From assembly GCA_945897435.1 (NCBI GenBank), contig CAMDFJ010000003.1:6056-70055 (forward strand): a stretch of DNA of 64,000 nucleotides. The letters are read 5' to 3'. Source of the DNA: Candidatus Kuenenia stuttgartensis. Lineage in GTDB: Bacteria; Planctomycetota; Planctomycetia; Pirellulales; UBA1268. Below are positions 56,372-64,000 of the stretch, piece by piece. The notes under the pieces were generated by a model. That model saw only the letters and a program-made list of their open reading frames with translations. It was not told where the DNA came from and did not search any database. The position numbers were made by a program, and so were the translations under genes. The first letter of the stretch is position 1, and the number at the start of each line of letters is the position of its first letter.

Positions 56372-57418
56372 ATGGTTTCACTCGCCTCAGCATTGCGATT
56401 TTCCGGCGGAATCCTCGCTTTCGCGATTCTCCTGCTGACGTCTGCCCGACGGCCGGCAGCAGCGACAGAGCCACCGGCGGTGATGGAGGACCGCGTCCGC
56501 GGCCTGCTCCTCGATCTCGGTTCGGGGTCGATGGCTGCCCGGGATGCCGCCGAGGCGGCCCTGATCGGCCTCGGCCCGAAGGCGTTGCCGGTTATCGTCG
56601 GCCTCGGCCGCGACGCCGACGGCGAGGCGGCCTTCCGGCTGGATGGCATCCGGCGGACGCTCGAAGAGGCGGCAGCGGCTGGGTCGTCCGCCGAGGGCCG
56701 GGTGACCGTGCGATGCCTCACGACGGAGCCGTTCGGGGATGGCGGAACGCGGCTCCTTCTGCGGATTGACTGGACGGAGGACACGGCACTCCTGGCGTTG
56801 CGGCTGCCGCTGCGATCGATCGTTGCAGACGGTCCCTCGGGCGAATCGGTTCCGGTCGCCCAGCGGGCCGCAGTGCTCGAGGCCACGATCCCGCCGGACA
56901 GTCGGTTTGTCGAGGTCCCGGTCGGCCTCATGCCGCCCGCCGTCCCGCTGCCGTTGCTCGACGTTCTCCGCGGCACGGTCATCGTCTGGATCGGCGGCAT
57001 GGAGCATGACTTCGATTTCAGCAATCTGTCCCGGGCCGTTTCCGGCAATCTGCACCCCGTGGCGCGTCTCGGCCGGGCGGCGGTCCGGCTCGAAGAGGTC
57101 GCCCTCGAATCTGGCCGCCTTCTGGTGACGGCGAGCATCGCCTACGATGACCCTTCCGAGGCTCTGGCTTCGCATCGCACCTGGCTCTCGGATCGACCGC
57201 TGGAACTGCTCGGCCCGGACGGCCAACCGCGACGCCCGGCGAGCCAGACGGTACGGCGGCGTTCGGACCGGGGCCTGACCACGACGGCGGAATTTCCATG
57301 GAACGACGACGCGGCCTCATCCCTTCTCGGGTGCACGCTTCGCTGGCGGCTGCCGATCGCGATCCACGAACAGCCGCTCGACTTCGCGGTGCGTGCGATT
57401 CCGCTCTCTTCCCGCTGA
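56372..57418 (+). CDS. hypothetical secreted protein
   Basis: ATG at 56372 in frame with ORF 55589.., whose upstream part is antisense to the glycosyltransferase. Signal-like ILAFAILLLTSARRPAAA. Confidence 0.5.
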   Translation: MVSLASALRFSGGILAFAILLLTSARRPAAATEPPAVMEDRVRGLLLDLGSGSMAARDAAEAALIGLGPKALPVIVGLGRDADGEAAFRLDGIRRTLEEAAAAGSSAEGRVTVRCLTTEPFGDGGTRLLLRIDWTEDTALLALRLPLRSIVADGPSGESVPVAQRAAVLEATIPPDSRFVEVPVGLMPPAVPLPLLDVLRGTVIVWIGGMEHDFDFSNLSRAVSGNLHPVARLGRAAVRLEEVALESGRLLVTASIAYDDPSEALASHRTWLSDRPLELLGPDGQPRRPASQTVRRRSDRGLTTTAEFPWNDDAASSLLGCTLRWRLPIAIHEQPLDFAVRAIPLSSR

Positions 57419-58443
57419 TGTGGCTGCATGCCGGTCGTCTCATGAGGATGCTGGCAGTGGCCCTGCCTGCGGTCGTCATGGTCCCCCAGGTGCGGGCCGA
57501 CGAGACGGCGATCGATGAGGGGGGTGCAGCGGTCGTGGCCCGTGTCGGCGAGATGCCGATCCTGCGGGCGGAACTCGCAGCGATTCTGCGGCGAACCGGC
57601 GGCGAGGCCCTGCCGATGAGTGGGCGGCGGCAGCTGCTCGAGGCCGAGGCGGTCGAGCAGCTGGTGAATGAACGACTGCTCCAGCAGGCGGTCGTCGCCG
57701 AACGGGTCGAGGTCGATCCAGCCGAGGTCGCCTCGATGCTGAAAGCGATGAAGGCACAGCTGGCGGAGAAACAGATTCCTTTCGAGGTCTTTCTCGCCCA
57801 GTCGGGCCGCGACGAGCCGTCGCTGCAGCGACAGCTCGAACTGGATGCCGCAGTTCGAAAGCTGCTCCTGCCGCGGATCACGAGCGAGGCACTCGCCGCG
57901 ACGTTCGCGAAACACAGACGCGAGATCGACGGCACGCGGATGCGGGCCAGCCACATCGTGCTCCGGCCCGATCCAGCCCGTGGCGACGACGCCGTCACGG
58001 AGATGATCCGCCGGGCCGAGGCGATCCGCCGGGAGATTCTCAAGGGAACGGTCACGTTCACCGATGCGGCGCGGATGCACTCAGCCGGTCCGAGCCGGAG
58101 CCTCGGCGGGGACATCGGTTATTTCCCCCGGCACGGAGTTCTGCACGAGGATTTCACGCGGGCCGTGTTCTCTCTCGGCAAGGGGGATGTCTCACAGCCG
58201 TTTGTCACCCCGTTCGGTGTGCACCTGGCTCTGGTGACCGACATCCAGCCGGGATCGGCAGCGGCCGACTCGTTGCGGCCCCAGCTGGAGGCAATCCTGG
58301 TACGCCAGGAAATCCGGGCGATCCTCGACCGGGTCCGGGCCGCCACGCCGGTCAGTTTCAGCCCAGGCGTCAGCCATTTTGATGGGCCGGCCGACGAATC
58401 CCGACCGAGAAAACTGGTGGTTGAGCCGGTGCCGGGAGGCTGA
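57418..58443 (+). CDS. peptidyl-prolyl cis-trans isomerase (parvulin/SurA-PrsA-like)
   Basis: ASHIVLRP...FTDAARMHSAGPSRSLGGDIGYFPRHGVLHEDFTRAVFSLGKGDVSQPFVTPFGVHLALV. The ATG overlaps the upstream TGA by 1 nt. Confidence 0.8.
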   Translation: MWLHAGRLMRMLAVALPAVVMVPQVRADETAIDEGGAAVVARVGEMPILRAELAAILRRTGGEALPMSGRRQLLEAEAVEQLVNERLLQQAVVAERVEVDPAEVASMLKAMKAQLAEKQIPFEVFLAQSGRDEPSLQRQLELDAAVRKLLLPRITSEALAATFAKHRREIDGTRMRASHIVLRPDPARGDDAVTEMIRRAEAIRREILKGTVTFTDAARMHSAGPSRSLGGDIGYFPRHGVLHEDFTRAVFSLGKGDVSQPFVTPFGVHLALVTDIQPGSAAADSLRPQLEAILVRQEIRAILDRVRAATPVSFSPGVSHFDGPADESRPRKLVVEPVPGG

Positions 58444-58545
58444 TCGAGGCCTGTTTTCCGGTTGTGGCGGGCCCCAGCGGCGGCTAGTCTCCCGAGTCTC
58501 CCGTCCTGCCACGTGGCCGGTTCCCCAGCGCAGCTTCATGGCATC

Positions 58546-59103
58546 ATGAAATTCCGTTCCTTCGTGCTGTTGTCGTGCATGCTGCTGGTGCCGGGGGCGG
58601 CGATGTTCTCACATCACATACCGGCAAGCCTCCGCAAGACGGTTCGGAAGCAGGTCTGGGAGCCGGCGATCGGTTCGGTCGCCTCCGCTCTGGGAATCAC
58701 AACACAACCCGAGGCGACACCGTCCGTCGCCCTCACCACCCCGGCCCCTGATGGGCCACCGGCTGGGGGCAGCCCAGAAGAGCCGAGGCCGCTTTGGTCG
58801 CCGGCCTCCGGCAGTGCCGACATCGGCGACTTCCGTCGGGATGCCGAGGACCAGTTGGCAAGGCTGGGGGCGGTCGCCTTCGAATGCACTGCCACCGCTG
58901 ATGGAAGCACCCACCGCTGTTCCTGCCGGGTCGCGGCTGACCCCTCAGGTCAGCTCCAGCGGGTGTTTCATGCCGCTGCAGACGACCCCAGGCTGGCGAT
59001 CCAGAATCTTGTCGGACAGGTGATCTCCTGGAAGGAACGGCTGGCCAGCGTCCCCCTGCCGACCCAGCCAGACCGTGGCCGTGCTCCCTCGCGTCTGCAA
59101 TGA
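58546..59103 (+). CDS. hypothetical protein with N-terminal signal/TM segment
   Basis: MKFRSFVLLSCMLLVPGAAMF. No recognisable domain. Confidence 0.4.
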   Translation: MKFRSFVLLSCMLLVPGAAMFSHHIPASLRKTVRKQVWEPAIGSVASALGITTQPEATPSVALTTPAPDGPPAGGSPEEPRPLWSPASGSADIGDFRRDAEDQLARLGAVAFECTATADGSTHRCSCRVAADPSGQLQRVFHAAADDPRLAIQNLVGQVISWKERLASVPLPTQPDRGRAPSRLQ

Positions 59104-59139
59104 CTCTTCGTCGCTGATGAAGAGGAGGCTCGGCTGAGA

Positions 59140-59877
59140 ATGCGTGCACGCATCGGCAAGGTTGCAAAAAGGTCTGTACCGCAGCCGGGAAGGCTCAACG
59201 GCCTCGCTCACCGCGGCAGTTGTGGACTGCGAATCTGGACTCCTGCAGCCGCGATCCCGGCCAAGCCGCGTCGTCGGCCGGCCCGGCGGCGACGGCCCGG
59301 AGGCCGGGGCGAGACACCGATTCCGCCAGGACTCCAGCGGCGATCCGAGGAGTTGGCACGACTGGAGGCGGTGCTGTTCGTATCCCGAGAGCCGCTCTCG
59401 CCGCGACGACTCGCAAAACTTGCGGGCCTGACCGACGGCACCCGGGCTCGTTCCCTGCTTCGTGACCTGAAGTCGCTGCAGACGGCCTCGGGAACGGCCT
59501 TTCGCGTCGAACAGATCGCCGGCGGATTTCAGCTCCTGACGCAGGCCCCGTTCGGCCCTTGGGTCAGACGGATGCTGGCGACACCGCCGGAAACCCGTCT
59601 CTCGGCCGCGGCACTGGAGACTCTGGCGATCGTGGCCTACAGGCAGCCGGTCACCCGGGCAGAAATCGAGGCGATACGTGGGGTGGGCTGCGAGGAGATG
59701 CTACGACACCTTCTCGACCGGGATTTTGTCGGCATTGGCGGACGGACGGAAGACCTTGGCCGTCCCAACGTCTATGTCACAACAAACCGGTTTCTCCGGG
59801 CTTTTGGGCTGCCGCGGATCGAAGATCTTCCCGCCCTCCCCGAGGCGGACGAGGCCGGCGACCGGCCGGCGACCTGA
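59140..59877 (+). CDS. scpB: segregation and condensation protein B
   Basis: LEAVLFVSREPLSPRRLAKLAG...FRVEQIAGGFQLLT...LSAAALETLAIVAYRQPVTRAEIEAIRGV...GRPNVYVTTNRFLRAFGL. The Arg-rich N-terminus makes the start uncertain. Confidence 0.85.
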   Translation: MRARIGKVAKRSVPQPGRLNGLAHRGSCGLRIWTPAAAIPAKPRRRPARRRRPGGRGETPIPPGLQRRSEELARLEAVLFVSREPLSPRRLAKLAGLTDGTRARSLLRDLKSLQTASGTAFRVEQIAGGFQLLTQAPFGPWVRRMLATPPETRLSAAALETLAIVAYRQPVTRAEIEAIRGVGCEEMLRHLLDRDFVGIGGRTEDLGRPNVYVTTNRFLRAFGLPRIEDLPALPEADEAGDRPAT

Positions 59878-60173
59878 CCGCCACGAATTCGTCGCCGGCG
59901 ACGCGGAAAAACGCTTGCACTCGGCGGGTGCGGTGGACAGACTTTTCGCTCGCCTTGGACCGGCGGCAGCCGCCGACTTGTGGAGATGATGAAATTTTCG
60001 CTCCGGGAGTTGGACGTTTGGGTGCAATCGGGTAGAGAAATGTCCGAGGAAAGTGTTCTGACAACTTTTTTCTGGCTCAATTTCGGTCGGTCGTTGGTCG
60101 TTAGGTGTGTGTCGTTTTCAGTTTCGTACTTCCGTTCGCCGCCCGCGGTGAACAGACTCGAGGAGGTTTTCCC

Positions 60174-60608
60174 GTGACGATTGTCGTGAGTCCCAGAGGG
60201 CAGCAGGACGTGATGACCGCCGAGGTGTTTTCCTGGAACGAACTTCCTGAGCTGATGGCGGCCGAAGAACTGTTCGACGCTGCGTCGCGGGAAGGCTGCG
60301 AAGAGGCGTCCATCGTCGCTCGCGAAGACGAGGAAGAGGACGAGGAGGAAGAGTTCGAGGACGACGACGAAGAGGACGACGAGGAGTTTGAAGACGACGA
60401 CGAAGAGGATGACGAGGAAGAGGAAGAGGAAGAAGGCGACGACGAGTGGGAAGAGGTTGAAGACGAGGAAGAGGACGAGGAAGACGAAGACGAGGAAGAA
60501 GAAGACGACGAGGAAGAAGAAGAGGAAGAAGACGAGGACTGGGAAGATGACGATGAGGAGTGGGAGGACGAGGACGAGGAAGAAGAAGACGAAGACGAAG
60601 ACGACTGA
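60174..60608 (+). CDS. poly-acidic (D/E-rich, W/F-punctuated) protein with short non-repetitive N-terminal domain
   Basis: AGGAGG at 60161-60166, 7 nt before the GTG at 60174. N-terminus: VTIVVSPRGQQDVMTAEVFSWNELPELMAAEELFDAASREG. About 95 residues of D/E follow, with EF/EW interruptions. G-rich first codon positions favour this strand over the antisense poly-Ser ORF. Confidence 0.55.
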   Translation: MTIVVSPRGQQDVMTAEVFSWNELPELMAAEELFDAASREGCEEASIVAREDEEEDEEEEFEDDDEEDDEEFEDDDEEDDEEEEEEEGDDEWEEVEDEEEDEEDEDEEEEDDEEEEEEEDEDWEDDDEEWEDEDEEEEDEDEDD

Positions 60609-60794
60609 TCCAAATCCGCCGATTTCGCTCGTTCTCGATCTGCCAAATCCTGCCGATCTGACGCTCGACTGAACGTATTCCCAGGATCCGTGGTACCAAA
60701 ATCCGTGGTACCAGGATCCTTGCTCTCACTCAGGATCCTGCTTCATTCCAAGGTCTCTGTTCCCTGAACCGCTCCCGAGACCGGGGCCGCAGAT

Positions 60795-62123
60795 TCAAGG
60801 ATCGTTTTCAGCTGCCTGACTGCCCTGTTGGTTTTGGATCGCAGGCGTGGAAGACTCGACCGTCACGATCCGCCCCTTCCGTTCGACATCCAACCGCACG
60901 CTCTGCCTGGCGGCGAGGGTTGCAAGCAACTCCTGCTGGCTTCTGACAGGATGGCCGTCAACCGCCATGATCCTGTCACCGACGGCGATCCCGGACTCCG
61001 CCATTGGAGATCCGGCAGCGACCCTGACCACGATTGGTGCGGTCGGCTCTCCCTGATCCTCCCGAACGCTCATGCCCCAGCGGGGCCTCTGGCCGGCAGG
61101 CATGACCGACTCGCTGGCCGGCGACTCGAGTGCCCGGCGTTGGGCGGCCGTCTCGGCGCGGCATTGATCGCGGAATACAGGCAGCGGACCGATCCCGTTC
61201 GCGGTCCCAACCACGAGGTCGAGAGCCAGCCGGACGACCGGTTCGATGCCGCCGAAATTGACCAGATGGGTGTCGTCGCTGGGCCTGTGGTATTGGTCGT
61301 GCAGGCCGGTGTGAAACATGACGGTCGGAATCCTGGCCGCGATGAACGGGTAGTGATCCGAGTCGTCGGTGATCTCCCAGTCGAACACCAGTTCCAGGTT
61401 CGTTTTGGCATTCGCCGCCACGATCGCACGACGGAGCGACTGGGCCGTGCGGGCACCGTAGACCTCGACCCGCCCCCCTCGCAGTCGGCCAATCATGTCG
61501 AGATTCAGTGAGAAGACGATCTGCCGCTCGGCAATCGCCGCGGGACGCACCCTGAGGAAGTGGTAGGAACCCAGCAGACCCTTCTCCTCCCCGTCCCAAA
61601 ACGCGATCAGTACCGATCGCCTCGGCCGGTTCGGCAATTGGCCGAGGGCCTCGGCCAGTTCGATCAGTCCGGCGACACCCGAGGCGTTGTCGTCGGCGCC
61701 GTTGTGAATCAGACCGGTGGGGCCGAAGCTGTTGTTGGGTGTTCCGTAGCCGACGTGGTCGTAGTGGGCGCCGACGACGATCATCTCGCTGGCGACGGTC
61801 GGATCGCTGCCCGGCAGGAGGGCGAGGATGTTCCGCATGCCGCCGAACGATTGGAAAAAACTGCCGTCGTTTCCCGCTGGCTCGAGCCCCAGTCGCTCGA
61901 TGGCCTGAACGATGTAGGCGCCGGCGGCACGCCCGCCCCGACTGCCCCCCTCGCGGCCCTCGAGGGCATCGTCGGCAAGGGCATGGATGTGCCGGCTGGC
62001 GTCCGCCGCCCGGATGCTCGCATGGGCCGTATGGAGCCCTTCGGCGGCGAGAGAGGCGGTCCATGGACCGGCGCACGCAACCCCGACAATCACCGCAGGC
62101 ACGACGAAGGCACGAATCATCAT
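60795..62123 (-). CDS. M28-family aminopeptidase with C-terminal PDZ domain
   Basis: VVGAHYDHVGYG...NGADDNASGVAGLIELAEAL...IAFWDGEEKGLLGSYHF. PDZ: VRVAAGSPMAESGIAVGDRIMAVDGHPV. Confidence 0.85.
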   Translation of the reverse strand: MMIRAFVVPAVIVGVACAGPWTASLAAEGLHTAHASIRAADASRHIHALADDALEGREGGSRGGRAAGAYIVQAIERLGLEPAGNDGSFFQSFGGMRNILALLPGSDPTVASEMIVVGAHYDHVGYGTPNNSFGPTGLIHNGADDNASGVAGLIELAEALGQLPNRPRRSVLIAFWDGEEKGLLGSYHFLRVRPAAIAERQIVFSLNLDMIGRLRGGRVEVYGARTAQSLRRAIVAANAKTNLELVFDWEITDDSDHYPFIAARIPTVMFHTGLHDQYHRPSDDTHLVNFGGIEPVVRLALDLVVGTANGIGPLPVFRDQCRAETAAQRRALESPASESVMPAGQRPRWGMSVREDQGEPTAPIVVRVAAGSPMAESGIAVGDRIMAVDGHPVRSQQELLATLAARQSVRLDVERKGRIVTVESSTPAIQNQQGSQAAENDP

Positions 62124-62213
62124 GGTGGAGGCGGCCTCCTTGCGGGTCCTGGTTTCACTGTCCAGAATAGAGCCTCGCTCGGTCCTCCAAGTCCATGGGG
62201 ATCAGCGGGTTCA

Positions 62214-62303
62214 GGAGAGGTGGCAGAGTGGTCGAATGCGCGTCTTTGCTAAAGACGTGTCCGGTCAAAAGCTGGACCGCGGGTTCGAATCCCGCCCTCT
62301 CCG
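62214..62303 (+). tRNA. tRNA-Ser (anticodon GCT), long variable arm
   Basis: Acceptor GGAGAGG/CCTCTCC. Anticodon arm CGTCT-TTGCTAA-AGACG. T-arm GCGGG-TTCGAAT-CCCGC. Confidence 0.9.
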
Positions 62304-62507
62304 TTGGTTGGTAATCGTCGAAGCGAATAGGCCTTGTTTCCAGCCAGGATCCAAGGATTCTTGAAAAGCGAGTCATCGTTGAGCTCCGTGACTCTGCTGC
62401 AACGTCGCTGATTCCCTGCCGCCAACGCCCGAAAGCCGGGTGGTCGGCGGGAACCCTGCCGATTGCGTCGGGCACGGCGGATTTTCGGCGCAGCAGCGTC
62501 GAAACCT

Positions 62508-63371
62508 ATGGGCATGGAAACGCCCGCCCGAGGACGGCCTGGGGTTCGCCGCTTGCGCCGCGTCCCCCTGCTCGTCGTGAGCCTGTTCGTGACCTGGGTC
62601 GCATCGCCCGGCGCGGCGGAGTGGGACGATCTGCACACCGACCGCGATGCTTTCACGCCGGCCACCGTGTGCATCGATCCTGGCGAGGTGCTGACGGAGG
62701 GATCCTACGTCTTCATCGACAACATCACCAACCTGCCCACCAACAACTATCCGGAATTGATCTGGCGGATCGGCGTTGCCGACTGGTTCGAGTGGCGACT
62801 GGGCGCGAACTATTCTGTCGGCACGCAGGGCAACATCGTCACGAGCGTGGAAGTGGGCGAGACGCCGCTCAACGGCGGCACGCTCTATGAATCGGGCATT
62901 CTTTACGGCTTCAAGGCCGCCGTCAGCGAACAGCGCGGATTCCTGCCGGAGAGCTGTTTCATCATGGAGGGCGTCACACCCACGAAAAGCGAACTGCTTG
63001 GCACCGTTCCCGTGGCCACGTATGTCGCCGGCTGGGAACTGCCCGTGCGGCTGCCCACCCACGGCGCCCGCGCCTGCCGGCTCGACTCCGCCATCCGCTA
63101 TTCCTATGCCGAGAGCCGGTTCAACTGGTTCAGTCGGTGGGCACCGTCTGTCGTGCTGCGGATGCCGGTCACCGAGCGATTCGAGGTCCACGCCGAATAC
63201 TTCGGCACGTTTCCCCAGGGACTGCCGATCAACATCAACCGGCCATTCTTCAGCCCCGGCACCCACTACATGATCACGAAGAACCTCGAGGTCGGCCTCC
63301 GCGTGGGCTGGGGACTGAGCGAGTTCGCCGCCCCGTTCTTCTCCGACGCCGGCATCGGCTGGCGCTGGTAG
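62508..63371 (+). CDS. outer-membrane beta-barrel protein (MetA-pathway/transporter-like)
   Basis: Signal-like LLVVSLFVTWVASPGAAEW, alternating beta-strand pattern, C-terminal ...DAGIGWRW (aromatic terminus). Start 62508, 62514 or 62463. Confidence 0.55.
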   Translation: MGMETPARGRPGVRRLRRVPLLVVSLFVTWVASPGAAEWDDLHTDRDAFTPATVCIDPGEVLTEGSYVFIDNITNLPTNNYPELIWRIGVADWFEWRLGANYSVGTQGNIVTSVEVGETPLNGGTLYESGILYGFKAAVSEQRGFLPESCFIMEGVTPTKSELLGTVPVATYVAGWELPVRLPTHGARACRLDSAIRYSYAESRFNWFSRWAPSVVLRMPVTERFEVHAEYFGTFPQGLPININRPFFSPGTHYMITKNLEVGLRVGWGLSEFAAPFFSDAGIGWRW

Positions 63372-63514
63372 GGCAGACTCAAGCCATCCAGGCTCCCAAG
63401 GCACTCATGCGGTGCCAAAGTCAGCAACTCCAGCGCGGTATCCTTGTCTGACGACCGCGGGCGGGCCTGACCCTCGACGTCGGGCATAGAAACTTTCGAG
63501 CATAGAAACTCCAG

Positions 63515-64000
63515 ATGAAAGCCGTGACAATCCCGAGCGACTACCGCATCCGGCTCATGCAGCGGTCGGACTATGCCGCAATCAGCGAGATCTGCCGCGT
63601 GGTCTATCCTCACGACACGCCCTATACGGAGGATGAACTGGCCGAGCACCACGCCGTGTATCCGCAGGGGCAGTTCGTGGCCGAGCACACGCCAACAGGG
63701 CAGACAGTGGGTGTGCACTTCACGCTTCGGCTTCGCATGGCCGACTACCACGTCGACGATGCCTGGGATGTTCTCACGGCCCATGGCACGTTCCTCGATC
63801 ACGATCCCGCCGGCCCCACGCTGTATGGGGCCGACGTGTTCGTGAGCCCCCAGCACCAGCATCATGGGCTGGCTCACGCCCTGACGGACGCAACCCGCGG
63901 TCTGGTCGTCGCTGAAAAACTCTGGCGGATGGTCGGGGGGAGCCGATTGCCCGGCTACGGGGCCGTCGCCCGCGGTTTGCCCGCCGACGAATATGTCAGC
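63515..64000 (+). CDS. GNAT-type N-acetyltransferase-like protein, N-terminal part (runs off the window end)
   Basis: Own translation from the ATG at 63515 is open to 64000: MKAVTIPSDYRIRLMQRSDYAAISEICRVVYPHDTPYTEDELAEHH...VFVSPQHQHHGLAHALTDA (Q/R-x-x-G-x-A-like acetyl-CoA motif). Confidence 0.5.
   Translation, partial: MKAVTIPSDYRIRLMQRSDYAAISEICRVVYPHDTPYTEDELAEHHAVYPQGQFVAEHTPTGQTVGVHFTLRLRMADYHVDDAWDVLTAHGTFLDHDPAGPTLYGADVFVSPQHQHHGLAHALTDATRGLVVAEKLWRMVGGSRLPGYGAVARGLPADEYVS

Noticed and set aside
60101-60646. 181-aa poly-Ser ORF on the minus strand
   Set aside because: It is the mirror frame of the D/E tract with identical wobble positions. It has a TTG start, a weak SD and an S/T-rich non-repeat part, whereas the + frame has AGGAGG plus GTG and G-rich first codon positions. 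It is kept as an explicit alternative in the findings and is not fully excluded.
62304-62507. Possible integration scar or mobile element next to tRNA-Ser
   Set aside because: There is no integrase and no direct repeat of the tRNA 3' end. I see no compositional shift in the flanks.

Overview
GC-rich bacterial chromosome segment. Gene content suggests Planctomycetota: long SecE, NusG with an acidic N-terminal extension, an exosortase/EpsI locus, a stand-alone RpoA alpha-CTD-like protein and Pro-rich secreted proteins. This taxonomic call is inference only. The centre is the conserved translation/transcription block: tRNA-Thr/Tyr/Gly/Thr, tuf, tRNA-Trp, secE, nusG, rplKAJL, rpoB, rpoC (about 16.1-30.7 kb). 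On the left are purU, a large HerA-like ATPase, a DabA/DabB-type inorganic-carbon pump operon with an extra antiporter-like subunit, a cluster of three DUF2294 paralogs around csrA, and a REC-PP2C phosphatase. On the right are CHAD, FGE, PolX and a tightly coupled four-gene cassette of unknown function. Beyond those lie a UvrD/PcrA helicase, an exosortase/EpsI/Wzc/gmd polysaccharide locus, a YgfZ-NUDIX fusion, rdgB, a PPIase, scpB, a poly-acidic protein, an M28-PDZ peptidase, tRNA-Ser and an outer-membrane barrel. I saw no rRNA, CRISPR array, transposase or integrase. The best candidates for something undescribed are two. First, the DUF2294x3-csrA module with a promoter-to-terminator unit (candidate sRNA or attenuator) in its leader, directly beside the dab operon. 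Second, the alpha-CTD / membrane beta-sandwich / beta-sandwich / AAA+ cassette at 37.3-39.9 kb. All functional calls rest on motif recognition by eye, with no database search. Many long ORFs in the supplied track are antisense or alternative-frame shadows typical of high-GC DNA.
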